From the IMG/VR virus record IMGVR_UViG_3300049164_000073, positions 1-42,591 of that record: a stretch of 42,591 bases of DNA; one strand, written 5' to 3'. The stretch comes from a virus. Lineage: Duplodnaviria; Caudoviricetes. The notes under the pieces were generated by a model, which worked only from the letters and a program-made list of their open reading frames with translations, was not told the DNA's origin and made no database searches. This document shows, one piece after another, positions 1 through 7,810 of the stretch (positions within the stretch are counted from its first letter, which is position 1; each line of letters begins with the position of its first letter). Both the position numbers and the translations under genes were made by a program.

Positions 1-777
1 GGTGCCGGCAGTGGGGGCCGGGGGGAGGGACTGCCAGGCGCGCAGGAAGTAGCGGGCGTGGGAGACGTCCTTTTTCGCGGCGGCCTTGACGGCGACGGCG
101 GCGAGCATGTCGGCGCCGGAGCGCTTGACCATGGCGTCGACTTGGAACCATTCGCCGGGGGTCAGGTTCCACTGCGGGTAGACCTGTGCGGCGGTGATCT
201 TGTCGACCAGGGGGCGGGCGAAGTCGGGTACGACGGCGGACGGCGGGCCGTCTTCCCTCACTCCTTCATTCACTCTCTCTTTGGGTGAGTGATGGGGTAG
301 TGATTCCCGACCACAAGCGGTCGGGTTTTCAGACCACAAACCGTCGGACCACTGTTCCTGTAGTGGTCGGGTTTCCGGACCGCTATCGGGGGCGTTTGTG
401 GTCTGGATTTCCGACCGCTGTTCGCTAGTGGTCGGGTTTCCAGACCGCTCCGCAACGGGCGTTTGCGGTCCGGATTCCCGACCGCTATTCGGGGCGTGAC
501 GGGTGTAGTTGACGGCTCCGGGGAGCCGGTAGAGGGCGGGCCGGGAGCCTGCGGCGGGGCGTTCGAGGGCGAGCTCGCCGGACTCGACGGCGCGGGCGAC
601 GGCGGCGAGAGCGGTGGACTTGGGGACGCCTCCGAGTCGGCGCATGAACTCGGCGGCGCCCATGGGGGCGGTGGCTTCGGGGCCGGTGGTGGCGTCGGCG
701 ACGGCGAGCAGGGCGAGGCGTGCGTTCCCGCGGCTGCTGGCGTGTCGCCACACCCAGTCCATTGCGTCGAGGGTCAC
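1..777 (-). CDS. Replication initiator-like protein with N-terminal HTH, 5' part (continues at 42591-42490)
   Basis: Absent from the ORF track because it runs off the edge. GTG at 777 after GGAG; translates MTLDAMDWVWRHASSRGNARLALLAVADA...ARYFLRAWQSLPPAPTAGT with no stop; contains internal iterons. Confidence 0.8.
   Translation of the reverse strand, partial: MTLDAMDWVWRHASSRGNARLALLAVADATTGPEATAPMGAAEFMRRLGGVPKSTALAAVARAVESGELALERPAAGSRPALYRLPGAVNYTRHAPNSGRESGPQTPVAERSGNPTTSEQRSEIQTTNAPDSGPETRPLQEQWSDGLWSENPTACGRESLPHHSPKERVNEGVREDGPPSAVVPDFARPLVDKITAAQVYPQWNLTPGEWFQVDAMVKRSGADMLAAVAVKAAAKKDVSHARYFLRAWQSLPPAPTAGT
316..486. repeat. Five 23-bp quasi-palindromic iterons (putative replication origin)
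   Basis: WGYGGTC-N9-GACCRCW at 316-338, 362-384, 397-419, 427-449 and 464-486, inside the initiator gene as in lambda O/ori. Confidence 0.75.
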
Positions 778-858
778 GGGGGTTGTGCTCCGTTCTGCGG
801 GGGCGTCCGCGGGCGAGGGGATCGGGTCCGGCCTCGCCCGCGGGCCGTGCGAGGGGTG

Positions 859-1455
859 TTACTGCGGGGGGTCGAGGGGGCGGCCGCAGGCGCAGGCGAG
901 GCGGCCTGCGCGGGCGGTCGGGTGCCGCCACCGGTGGAACGGGCAGGGCGTGAACAGGGCCGGGCCGGGCGGGTGCTGCACGATGGCGCAGCGGGACGCG
1001 TACGGGCCGCCCATGGCCCGGATCGGGTGCACGTCGCCGCAGGCGAGGCAGCGGGCTGTCGTGCCGCCGGGCAGCGGCTCGTACAGGGCTGTGCGGCTGC
1101 CGGGGCAGTACTTCGGCGGGGTCATGCCGCGGGGGCCGAACGTCAGCGTGCGGCCGGCGGGCCCGTGCGTCTCTTGCCCGGCGCCGACGGACCGGCCGTC
1201 GCACGTGGCGCACACCAGGTCACCGGCCGGTGTGCTGTCGGCGGTGAGTAGCGGGCCTGCCTTGTGCAGGCCGCCGGCGTGCTGTCCGCACCACAGGCTG
1301 TAGACGGTGCGGCCGTCGGGGAAGCGGACGCCGGAGCGGGGCCGGTGCCACCGGGACATGCCGGTTGTGCGGGCGAACCGCGGGCCTTCGTCGAGCGGTT
1401 CGGCGCCCATGTCGGCGACTCCGTACGACAGCGGCGGGAACAGGGTGACGGTCAC
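859..1455 (-). CDS. Hypothetical Cys/His-rich (possibly zinc-binding) protein
   Basis: 198 aa with CATC, CLAC and CACG motifs; 4-bp overlap with the upstream gene. Confidence 0.7.
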   Translation of the reverse strand: MTVTLFPPLSYGVADMGAEPLDEGPRFARTTGMSRWHRPRSGVRFPDGRTVYSLWCGQHAGGLHKAGPLLTADSTPAGDLVCATCDGRSVGAGQETHGPAGRTLTFGPRGMTPPKYCPGSRTALYEPLPGGTTARCLACGDVHPIRAMGGPYASRCAIVQHPPGPALFTPCPFHRWRHPTARAGRLACACGRPLDPPQ

Positions 1456-1613
1456 GGCTTCGGCTCCTGTCGCTGGTAGTACGGGCGGGTGATGGCGGGT
1501 TGGTGCTTGTCGCAGCGGGGGCCGGAGATGTAGGGGCGGACGGGGACGGCTCCGCAGCGCGGGTTACCGTGCTCGCACACCGGCGGCGGCTTGTCGGCCG
1601 CGGGCGCGGTCAT
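1452..1613 (-). CDS. Small hypothetical protein (53 aa)
   Basis: MTAPAADKPPPVCEHGNPRC...; 4-bp start/stop overlaps at both ends. Confidence 0.6.
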   Translation of the reverse strand: MTAPAADKPPPVCEHGNPRCGAVPVRPYISGPRCDKHQPAITRPYYQRQEPKP

Positions 1614-2815
1614 GCGGGCACCAGCGCCCGGGCGGCCAGTAGTCGAATGGCGGCCTCTGCCTGCTGGGGCACGACCCCGTTGCCGAGGGCCTTCAACTGC
1701 TGGGTGCGGGTCAGGCCGGGCACGTGGGTGACGTGTCCGCCGGGCAGGCCCATGAGCCATTCGACGAAGGCAGGGCTCAGGCGATTGCGATCGTCAGTTG
1801 CCCTGGGGGCTCGTCGTCCGGTGGCGTGCTCCCAGCGGGCGACGGCGGGGGCGAAACGGCCCCAGTCAGCGTCGGGTTGCCCCGGCCGAACGTGGCGCTC
1901 GTCCGCTCCCCGTCGGCCCGTGTCGGCGTCGGCAAGAGCTGCACCACTGCCGAGGACAGCATCAGATCGCCCTTGCTGCCCCGCTGGTTCGGACCACCTT
2001 TCTCCCCGTCCGAGGCGCGCGGCGTCGGCAGGAGTGCGACGGCTGCTTCCAAGCGGTTCTTTGGATTCCCGGCGAGGATTTCCCGCTGCGACGGGCCATT
2101 CATGTTCGCCAACGGCGTGGGTAGCAGGTGTTCCACCTCGTCGGCGAGCGTCGGTCCATGCCCCCCGGCCTTCCGCTTGTCCGGGTGCTGCGAACCGCCG
2201 TTGATCGCCAAGTTTGCCGTCGGCGTCTTGAGCAGTGGCGAGGATGAACAGCCGCTCCCGCCGGTGGGGAGCCCCGACCTCCGACGCGCGTACAAGCGCC
2301 CACTCCGCATCGAACCCGAGCGCGGCAAGGTCGGCGAGGACGGTGTCGAATCCCAGTCGAAGGTGCCCTGCGACGTTCTCAAAGATCGCGACTCGGGGTC
2401 GAAGTATGCGAAGGGCGTCTGCGATGTACGGCCAGATGTGCCGCTCATCTTCGGTTCCTTTCCGGAGGCCAGCTGTGCTGAAGGGCTGGCAGGGGTAGCC
2501 GCCGCAGACGATGTCCACGGGGCCGTACTCGTTGACCACGGCCTGCCAGTCGGTCGTGGTGAGGTCGCCCAGGTTCGGCGTGGTTGGCCAGTGGTGGGCG
2601 AGGATCTTGTTTGCGCCGGGGTCAATGTCGGACACCCAGGTGGTCGTGCCGCCGAACACGCGCTCCACGGCCATGTCGAGGCCGCGGTAGCCGGAGCACC
2701 AGGAGCCGATGCGAGGGCCGGCGGGGACGTCGATGCCGAGTTGTCCGGGCACGGGCGGCGGGGCGGGCTGGTCGAGCTGCTGGCGGGCGGCGTCGAGCCG
2801 CTGGGCCGGCGTCAC
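1610..2815 (-). CDS. DNA (cytosine-5) methyltransferase
   Basis: Motif I variant WCSGYRG, catalytic GGYPCQPFS (IV), FENV (VI), RRERLF (VIII), LSPAFVEWLMGLP (IX), LGNGVVP (X). Confidence 0.93.
   Translation of the reverse strand: MTPAQRLDAARQQLDQPAPPPVPGQLGIDVPAGPRIGSWCSGYRGLDMAVERVFGGTTTWVSDIDPGANKILAHHWPTTPNLGDLTTTDWQAVVNEYGPVDIVCGGYPCQPFSTAGLRKGTEDERHIWPYIADALRILRPRVAIFENVAGHLRLGFDTVLADLAALGFDAEWALVRASEVGAPHRRERLFILATAQDADGKLGDQRRFAAPGQAEGRGAWTDARRRGGTPATHAVGEHEWPVAAGNPRRESKEPLGSSRRTPADAARLGRGERWSEPAGQQGRSDAVLGSGAALADADTGRRGADERHVRPGQPDADWGRFAPAVARWEHATGRRAPRATDDRNRLSPAFVEWLMGLPGGHVTHVPGLTRTQQLKALGNGVVPQQAEAAIRLLAARALVPA
1777..2448 (-). CDS. Nested alternative-frame ORF inside the methyltransferase; putative target-recognition subunit (223 aa)
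   Basis: ATG at 2448 with AAGGA 7 nt upstream; four tandem L(L)xTP modules that the main frame lacks. Confidence 0.7.
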   Translation of the reverse strand: MSGTSGRTSQTPFAYFDPESRSLRTSQGTFDWDSTPSSPTLPRSGSMRSGRLYARRRSGLPTGGSGCSSSPLLKTPTANLAINGGSQHPDKRKAGGHGPTLADEVEHLLPTPLANMNGPSQREILAGNPKNRLEAAVALLPTPRASDGEKGGPNQRGSKGDLMLSSAVVQLLPTPTRADGERTSATFGRGNPTLTGAVSPPPSPAGSTPPDDEPPGQLTIAIA

Positions 2816-3300
2816 GCGGCGGCCTGCTGTTCGGCGGTCGCGCGCTCGGCGGCGCGGGCGATCCGCTGAACGGTCTTCGTCGTGATGTCGTACTCGCGGG
2901 CGAGCGCCGTCGCGCCCTCACCGGCCAGGCGGCGCCGGGCGATGGTCGCGCGCGTCCTGTCGCCGATGAACGTCGGCCGCTTCCGGTCCGACTTCGGCTT
3001 CGGCTTCGGCGGGTCGACGACGACCGGCGGGGCGGGTGCGCGGTGGGCGGCGCGGTCGCGGGCGCGCCGCCAGTACTCGCGGACGCGCTGGGCGGGGGTT
3101 TTGCCGCCACGGATGCCGGCTCGAAAGCTGAGGCCGCGTCCGGCTTCTTCGCGGATGGCGGTTTCGAGGCAGGTGATTTGGACGGGGCAGCCGGTGCAGA
3201 TGCTCTTGGCGTAGGTGATGGCGGGGGTGTCGGTGGGGTCGGGGAAGAACGCGTCGGGGTCCTCGTCGAGGCAGGCGGCGAGGGTGCGCCAGTCGGTCAC
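2812..3300 (-). CDS. WhiB-family Fe-S transcription regulator with C-terminal HTH-like extension
   Basis: WRTLAAC...FFP...AKSICTGCPVQITCL four-Cys pattern and GIRGG turn; C-terminal ALAREYDITTKTVQRI. Confidence 0.88.
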   Translation of the reverse strand: MTDWRTLAACLDEDPDAFFPDPTDTPAITYAKSICTGCPVQITCLETAIREEAGRGLSFRAGIRGGKTPAQRVREYWRRARDRAAHRAPAPPVVVDPPKPKPKSDRKRPTFIGDRTRATIARRRLAGEGATALAREYDITTKTVQRIARAAERATAEQQAAA

Positions 3301-3683
3301 CAGGTCACCGCCGTGGCGGTGTGGAGGGTGCGGGCGGTGCCGAGCTCGTCGGCGTCGAGGGCGCAGCCAGCGTGGGCGAGTGCGTCGAGCAGGTCGGTTG
3401 GGATGGGGTCGTCGCCTGCGTCGTCGGCGGCCACGTGCGCGGCGATGGCGGCGCGGGTCGCGGCGAGCTGCTGCTCGACGTTGAGCAGGCGGCGGATGGT
3501 GGCGAGGGTGCCCACGGCGAGCGAGCGGGAGAACTGCGGCGGGCAGTGGACGGTGCGGGAGTACCGTTCGGCCGTCACCGCGAGGCCGGCGACTTCGGCG
3601 ACCGTAGCGGCGGGTCGCAGGCGGGCGGCGGCGTTCAGGTCGGCGAGGTCGGTCGGGTGGAGCGACGTACGCAGAAGGTCCAT
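3297..3683 (-). CDS. Hypothetical protein
   Basis: MDLLRTSLHPTD... after GGAG; 4-bp overlap with the WhiB gene. Confidence 0.7.
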   Translation of the reverse strand: MDLLRTSLHPTDLADLNAAARLRPAATVAEVAGLAVTAERYSRTVHCPPQFSRSLAVGTLATIRRLLNVEQQLAATRAAIAAHVAADDAGDDPIPTDLLDALAHAGCALDADELGTARTLHTATAVTW

Positions 3684-3733
3684 GGGGGCTCCGTTCGGGG
3701 GCCCGCCCCGGCGGTGCGGGGCGGGCGGTCCGG

Positions 3734-3859
3734 CTACTTGCGGTGGCGTGCGGCGTGGCGGCGGCATTCGGCCGCCCACTGGGCGTCCAGCACGCGGGGA
3801 ATGACCAGAGCGGCAACGGCCATCACAGCGACCGTCGATAAGGCGAGGACGGCGATCAC
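3734..3859 (-). CDS. Small membrane protein (41 aa)
   Basis: Hand-translated MIAVLALSTVAVMAVAALVIPRVLDAQWAAECRRHAARHRK; coupled to the upstream stop; contains a TTA codon. Confidence 0.5.
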   Translation of the reverse strand: MIAVLALSTVAVMAVAALVIPRVLDAQWAAECRRHAARHRK

Positions 3860-4449
3860 TCGGGCTCACCACCCGGCGCCAGGGCGGGCAGCACGTCGGC
3901 GAGCGCGCCCTCGCGGTACGCCTTCGCGACCAGCTCGCGCCCGTTCAACGGCTGCGACTTCGACGCACGCGAGAACGTCAACCGGTTCGTACGGGCCCGG
4001 CTCGGGCGGATCTCCACCCCCGGCACGTCGTGCACGAGACCGGTCTCCGGGTCGGCGTACTGCGCCACACCCGCCGCCGTCGCCTCACCGAGCACCTTCG
4101 TCAGGAACGCGGGCGCGATGTCGAACGCGATCCGCGGCGTCACCTCCGTGGCGTACTCGGAGCGCACCCACGCGGTGAACGCGTCCACGTCGACCACCTG
4201 CGCGGCCGCCTCACCCCCGGCCAGGGACACCGACCCGACCTTGACGCCGTTCGGCAGGGTCGCGTCGAACTTCGTCGAGCCGGTCGCCTTCGCGTGCTGC
4301 TCGATGTGCCACTGAACATCGGTGTTCGCGGTGGCGAGCTCGCCCTTGACGGCGTCGAGCAGCGCGGTGAGCGCGGCCTTACGGCCGATCGCGTCCCGCA
4401 GCGCGGTCGGGTCGAGCGCGGCCGTCTCGGTGGTGGGCTGCTCGCTCAT
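3856..4449 (-). CDS. Hypothetical protein next to the ERF gene
   Basis: MSEQPTTETAALDP...; ATGA overlap with the ERF gene. Confidence 0.75.
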   Translation of the reverse strand: MSEQPTTETAALDPTALRDAIGRKAALTALLDAVKGELATANTDVQWHIEQHAKATGSTKFDATLPNGVKVGSVSLAGGEAAAQVVDVDAFTAWVRSEYATEVTPRIAFDIAPAFLTKVLGEATAAGVAQYADPETGLVHDVPGVEIRPSRARTNRLTFSRASKSQPLNGRELVAKAYREGALADVLPALAPGGEPE

Positions 4450-5552
4450 GCGGCACCCGCGATCTGGCGCAGCGTCGCGGCCTGCTCCCGAAGCTGGGCG
4501 ACCGTTGCGGCGGCCGGCTGGCACTGGAAGTGGGACGTGAACGCCTTGTCGGCCTCGTCGCGGGACTCCATTCCGACGGCGTGGGCGGCGGCGTACATGT
4601 CGGCGAGCGCGGTGGCGTGCTCGGCGGCGGCCTGCCGGGCGGGCTCGCCCTGCCAACTGGCCTCGCCTGCCGCGTCGGTCACTTCGTCGACCCGGTCAGC
4701 CGAGGCACGTTCCGTCGCAGCGGCGGCCGTCGTGCCAGATCCGGCCGTGCTCGCCGTAGGGCCCGGCGCGGCCTGCGCCGCCTTCGCGTCGGCGGCGGCC
4801 TTCCGCTGCTGGGCGATACCGTCGAGTTCGGCCAGGAACTCGGGCGGCGCGCCTGCGGCCTTGGCGGCAGTTCGCACCTTGGCGAATGCCTGCGGCGTTG
4901 GCGCGGCCTTGGCCTCGGCGAGGTAGTCGCGGTTTTGCTGCGCTGCGGCCGGTGCCTGCTCGGCGCGCTGGCCCCGGCGCGGTTTCTGCTGCCGCTGCGC
5001 CTTGGCGGCCTGCTCGGCCCGGTGCTCGGCGGGCGGCTGCGGGTGGTCGCGGTCGCGGTCGCCGTCGTCGATGCTGCGTCCGTCGACAGGCAGCATGAAC
5101 AGGGTGAACAACAGGTACTTGAGAGCGGCTGACTGCGCCTTGTTCGTGGCCTTGTCGGCGAAGTCGGACGCCTCGCCCGGAACCGTGGCCACCAGGCAGT
5201 CACCTGCCGGGCCGTAGACGTGATACCGCATCATGATCACGGTGTGCGTCATCTTCTCGCCGCGGCGCTCCTGCTTGTGGCTTGCGAGCTCCGGGAGGAT
5301 GAACAGGCCGTGCGCCCGCATCGGGCCCGCCATGGCCGACATGACGTCGTCGATGCCGCGGAACTGGTAGTTCTGCTGCGTGTTCCGCTGGTTCTTGCCG
5401 ACGGGCATCGCGTCCCGCATGACGGCGTTGATCGCGGCGAACACGGTGGGGGCGTCGGCAGGAATGCCACCGGGGGCGGGCACGTACTGAACCGCGGACG
5501 GCATCGGCGCGGCGGGGGCGGGCGCGGCGCGCTCCGGCAGGGCGAGGGTCAT
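4446..5552 (-). CDS. ERF-family single-strand annealing protein
   Basis: NYQFRGIDDV...DKATNKAQSAALKYLL signature. Confidence 0.88.
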   Translation of the reverse strand: MTLALPERAAPAPAAPMPSAVQYVPAPGGIPADAPTVFAAINAVMRDAMPVGKNQRNTQQNYQFRGIDDVMSAMAGPMRAHGLFILPELASHKQERRGEKMTHTVIMMRYHVYGPAGDCLVATVPGEASDFADKATNKAQSAALKYLLFTLFMLPVDGRSIDDGDRDRDHPQPPAEHRAEQAAKAQRQQKPRRGQRAEQAPAAAQQNRDYLAEAKAAPTPQAFAKVRTAAKAAGAPPEFLAELDGIAQQRKAAADAKAAQAAPGPTASTAGSGTTAAAATERASADRVDEVTDAAGEASWQGEPARQAAAEHATALADMYAAAHAVGMESRDEADKAFTSHFQCQPAAATVAQLREQAATLRQIAGAA

Positions 5553-5920
5553 CAGCTTGCCTTCTTCGGGGTCGTACGGCGGATGCAGGCCACAAGCCGC
5601 ATCAAGCGCGTGGAGAGGGTGACCGCCTCGTCGGCGGTGATGGTCTGGTCGAGGTCGTCGGCCGCGTTGACCGTGCCGAGCAGCTCCTCAAGCGACGCGT
5701 CCGCCTGCGCGGCGCGCATCGCCCGCTCCCAGTCGGTCGCGTCGTCGGACACCGCGGCGTGGTCGACGGCGAGCACCGACGCCGCGTGCAGGTTCAGCAG
5801 GCGCCCGATCGTGTTCGGGTCGTCGGCGTAGGCCACGGCCAGGGAGTCGAGCAGCGGGGCAACGTAGTCCGACAGCGGCAGCCGTACGGCCTCGCCGGAC
5901 ACGGTGAGCTGCGGCTTCAC
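5552..5920 (-). CDS. Hypothetical protein
   Basis: 122-aa ORF coupled to neighbours. Confidence 0.7.
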   Translation of the reverse strand: MKPQLTVSGEAVRLPLSDYVAPLLDSLAVAYADDPNTIGRLLNLHAASVLAVDHAAVSDDATDWERAMRAAQADASLEELLGTVNAADDLDQTITADEAVTLSTRLMRLVACIRRTTPKKAS

Positions 5921-6234
5921 TCGGCACCGCCGGTGAGCTCGCGCGGACCGGTCGGCGCGGCCAGCGCGGACAGCCGGTCGAGGGCCACGTCATAGGCGTG
6001 CATCCGCGACCAATCCGCACGGGGGTGCGCCGCCCGGATCAGCTCACGCACCGCGCGAGCCTCCGCCACGTCACCCGACTGCAAGCCGGCCGCGTCGTAC
6101 AGGAACACGCGGATCAGCCGGCGACCGACGCCCGTCGCATCGCTGTACACGGGGATCATGCGCACCCGGGCGATGCCCGGCGCAGCGGCCCGCACCTGAT
6201 CGGCGAGGGTCGCGGTACTCTGCTCGGTAGTCAC
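5917..6234 (-). CDS. Hypothetical protein
   Basis: 105-aa ORF with AAGGG upstream; 4-bp overlap downstream. Confidence 0.7.
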   Translation of the reverse strand: MTTEQSTATLADQVRAAAPGIARVRMIPVYSDATGVGRRLIRVFLYDAAGLQSGDVAEARAVRELIRAAHPRADWSRMHAYDVALDRLSALAAPTGPRELTGGAE

Positions 6235-6302
6235 GTCCAGTTCCCTTCTGTGGTGGGCGTGTGGGCCGTTCCGGGTGCGATCCGGGGCGGCCCGAAGTCG
6301 TT

Positions 6303-6479
6303 TCAGGCCGCGAGCGGCACGGCGGGCCGGTACTTCGCGAGCAGCCGCTCATAGGCAGCCGTGCGGTCCGGGTCCAGCCGGCCAGCCGCGTAGTCGGCGG
6401 CCACTTCGGCCATGGCCCGGTCAAGGGCGGCGCGAGCGTTCGCACACGCCTGCTCGTAGGTGACCGTGGGGGCGCTCAC
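6303..6479 (-). CDS. Small hypothetical protein (58 aa)
   Basis: Hand-translated MSAPTVTYEQACANARAALDRAMAEVAADYAAGRLDPDRTAAYERLLAKYRPAVPLAA; GTGA overlap with the cro-like gene. Confidence 0.6.
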   Translation of the reverse strand: MSAPTVTYEQACANARAALDRAMAEVAADYAAGRLDPDRTAAYERLLAKYRPAVPLAA

Positions 6480-6715
6480 GCGACGGCCTTGACGCGGCGC
6501 AGCAGGTCAGAGGCGGTGATTCCGTATGCGGCCTCGACGGCGGCGGCCACCTGTGCGGACGGGGCGTGGGTTCCGTTCCACAAGCGCCAGGCGGTCGCGT
6601 CGGAAACGATCATTCCGGCGGGCGCAACCATCAGGCGGCGGCGTAGGTCAGAGGGTGTGTGGTCGCCGGTCTGCTCGGCGACGGCGCGGAGGACGGTGCG
6701 GTCGTACTGGGACAC
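6476..6715 (-). CDS. Cro-like XRE HTH regulator
   Basis: VSDATAWRLWNGTHAPS...YGITASDLL HTH; divergent from the repressor and first gene of the early operon. Confidence 0.8.
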   Translation of the reverse strand: MSQYDRTVLRAVAEQTGDHTPSDLRRRLMVAPAGMIVSDATAWRLWNGTHAPSAQVAAAVEAAYGITASDLLRRVKAVA

Positions 6716-6745
6716 CAGGTGCCTACCTCTCTCTGGAGAACGCTC

Positions 6746-6996
6746 TCTCTCCTGAGAGAAACGTAGCACCCATCTCTCACACGTGAAAGGTGTGTGTAGG
6801 GGGTGTGCGGACCTTCCCTGAATCTTTACCGTTGACACCACGCGATTGGCCGATAACAATCGGTGCCACGTTCGAACAAGAACAGCAGGTCAAACCCTGC
6901 CTGTTCGAAAGGGAGCTGCCATGCTGCCCACAGGAGTGCGGCCGGAATCCTGCTGTAGTGCCGCGATGCAGGTCGCGCTACCTTTCACTCATGAAA
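6746..6996. promoter_or_regulatory. Genetic switch: divergent promoters and TYTCW-N4-WGARA operators
   Basis: TCTCTCCTGAGAGA 6746-6759, TCTCACACGTGAAA 6775-6788, TTTCACTCATGAAA 6983-6996; -10-like TACGTT (minus, about 6760-6765) and TACCTT (plus, 6979-6984). Confidence 0.65.
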
Positions 6997-7419
6997 AAAA
7001 CGAGCGCGCACCGCAAGATCTTCGCGGCCTGGCTCACCGACCAGCTCCTACGCCGCGGCTACGACGTCGCCGGCCTACGCACCGGTGGCCGCGGCCGCTT
7101 CGCCCGTGACGCCGGCATCAGCCCCGCCACAGTCAGCCGGCTACTCCAAGGCGGCGAAGTCAACGACATCGGAGTACTCGCACGCGTAGCCGACGCCCTC
7201 GACCGACCCCTAGGCGAAATCCTCACCCGCGCCGGCGTCCTCGACGAAGCCGACCTACAGCAACCCCCGCCCGGCACCCGCCGCATCACCCCCGAAGAAG
7301 CCGCAGACGAACTCGGCATCCACGACCCCCAGCAGCGGGCCCTATTCCTGTCCATGACGGAGACCCTGCGCAAAACGCCACCCCCCGGCACCGGCGAGGA
7401 ACACCTCGCGGAGAACTAA
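6991..7419 (+). CDS. Immunity repressor (XRE HTH)
   Basis: FAAWL...FARDAGISPATVSRLLQG HTH; divergent from cro, upstream of the integrase. Confidence 0.85.
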   Translation: MKKTSAHRKIFAAWLTDQLLRRGYDVAGLRTGGRGRFARDAGISPATVSRLLQGGEVNDIGVLARVADALDRPLGEILTRAGVLDEADLQQPPPGTRRITPEEAADELGIHDPQQRALFLSMTETLRKTPPPGTGEEHLAEN

Positions 7420-7438
7420 GAGCACAAACGGAGGCCGA

Positions 7439-7810
7439 ATGTTCACCCGCTACCCGACCGCCATCACAGCCGCGCTGCTCGTGATCGGTCTCGCACTCGG
7501 CACACTCGGCCTGCTCACAGACCACAACACCGCGATACACGGCGGCATCCTCGCCACCCTTGCCGCGCTCCCAACCCTGATCGTCGCCATGCTTCGCGCC
7601 GTCCACCGAGTTGCAGACGAACAACTTGCCGCAGCCCACGCCGACGGGTACCGACTGGGCGTTCAACACTGCGCACGGGGACTCCTGACCCCACGGCCAA
7701 CCGGCCCCGGCAACCGCGCCGGCCACGTCGACCAGGACCACCGGAGCAACGTCGTACCGTTCCGCCGCATCCAGCAGCACGCCAAAGACCATGAACGGAA
7801 GGCTCAGTGA
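7439..7810 (+). CDS. Membrane protein (two TM segments) in the lysogeny operon
   Basis: GGAGG RBS, two hydrophobic stretches, GTGA overlap with the integrase. Confidence 0.75.
   Translation: MFTRYPTAITAALLVIGLALGTLGLLTDHNTAIHGGILATLAALPTLIVAMLRAVHRVADEQLAAAHADGYRLGVQHCARGLLTPRPTGPGNRAGHVDQDHRSNVVPFRRIQQHAKDHERKAQ

Noticed and set aside
6868-6910. Actinobacterial LexA box near the switch (TCGAAC and GTTCGA half-sites)
   Set aside because: The half-sites are not arranged as TCGAAC-N4-GTTCGA.
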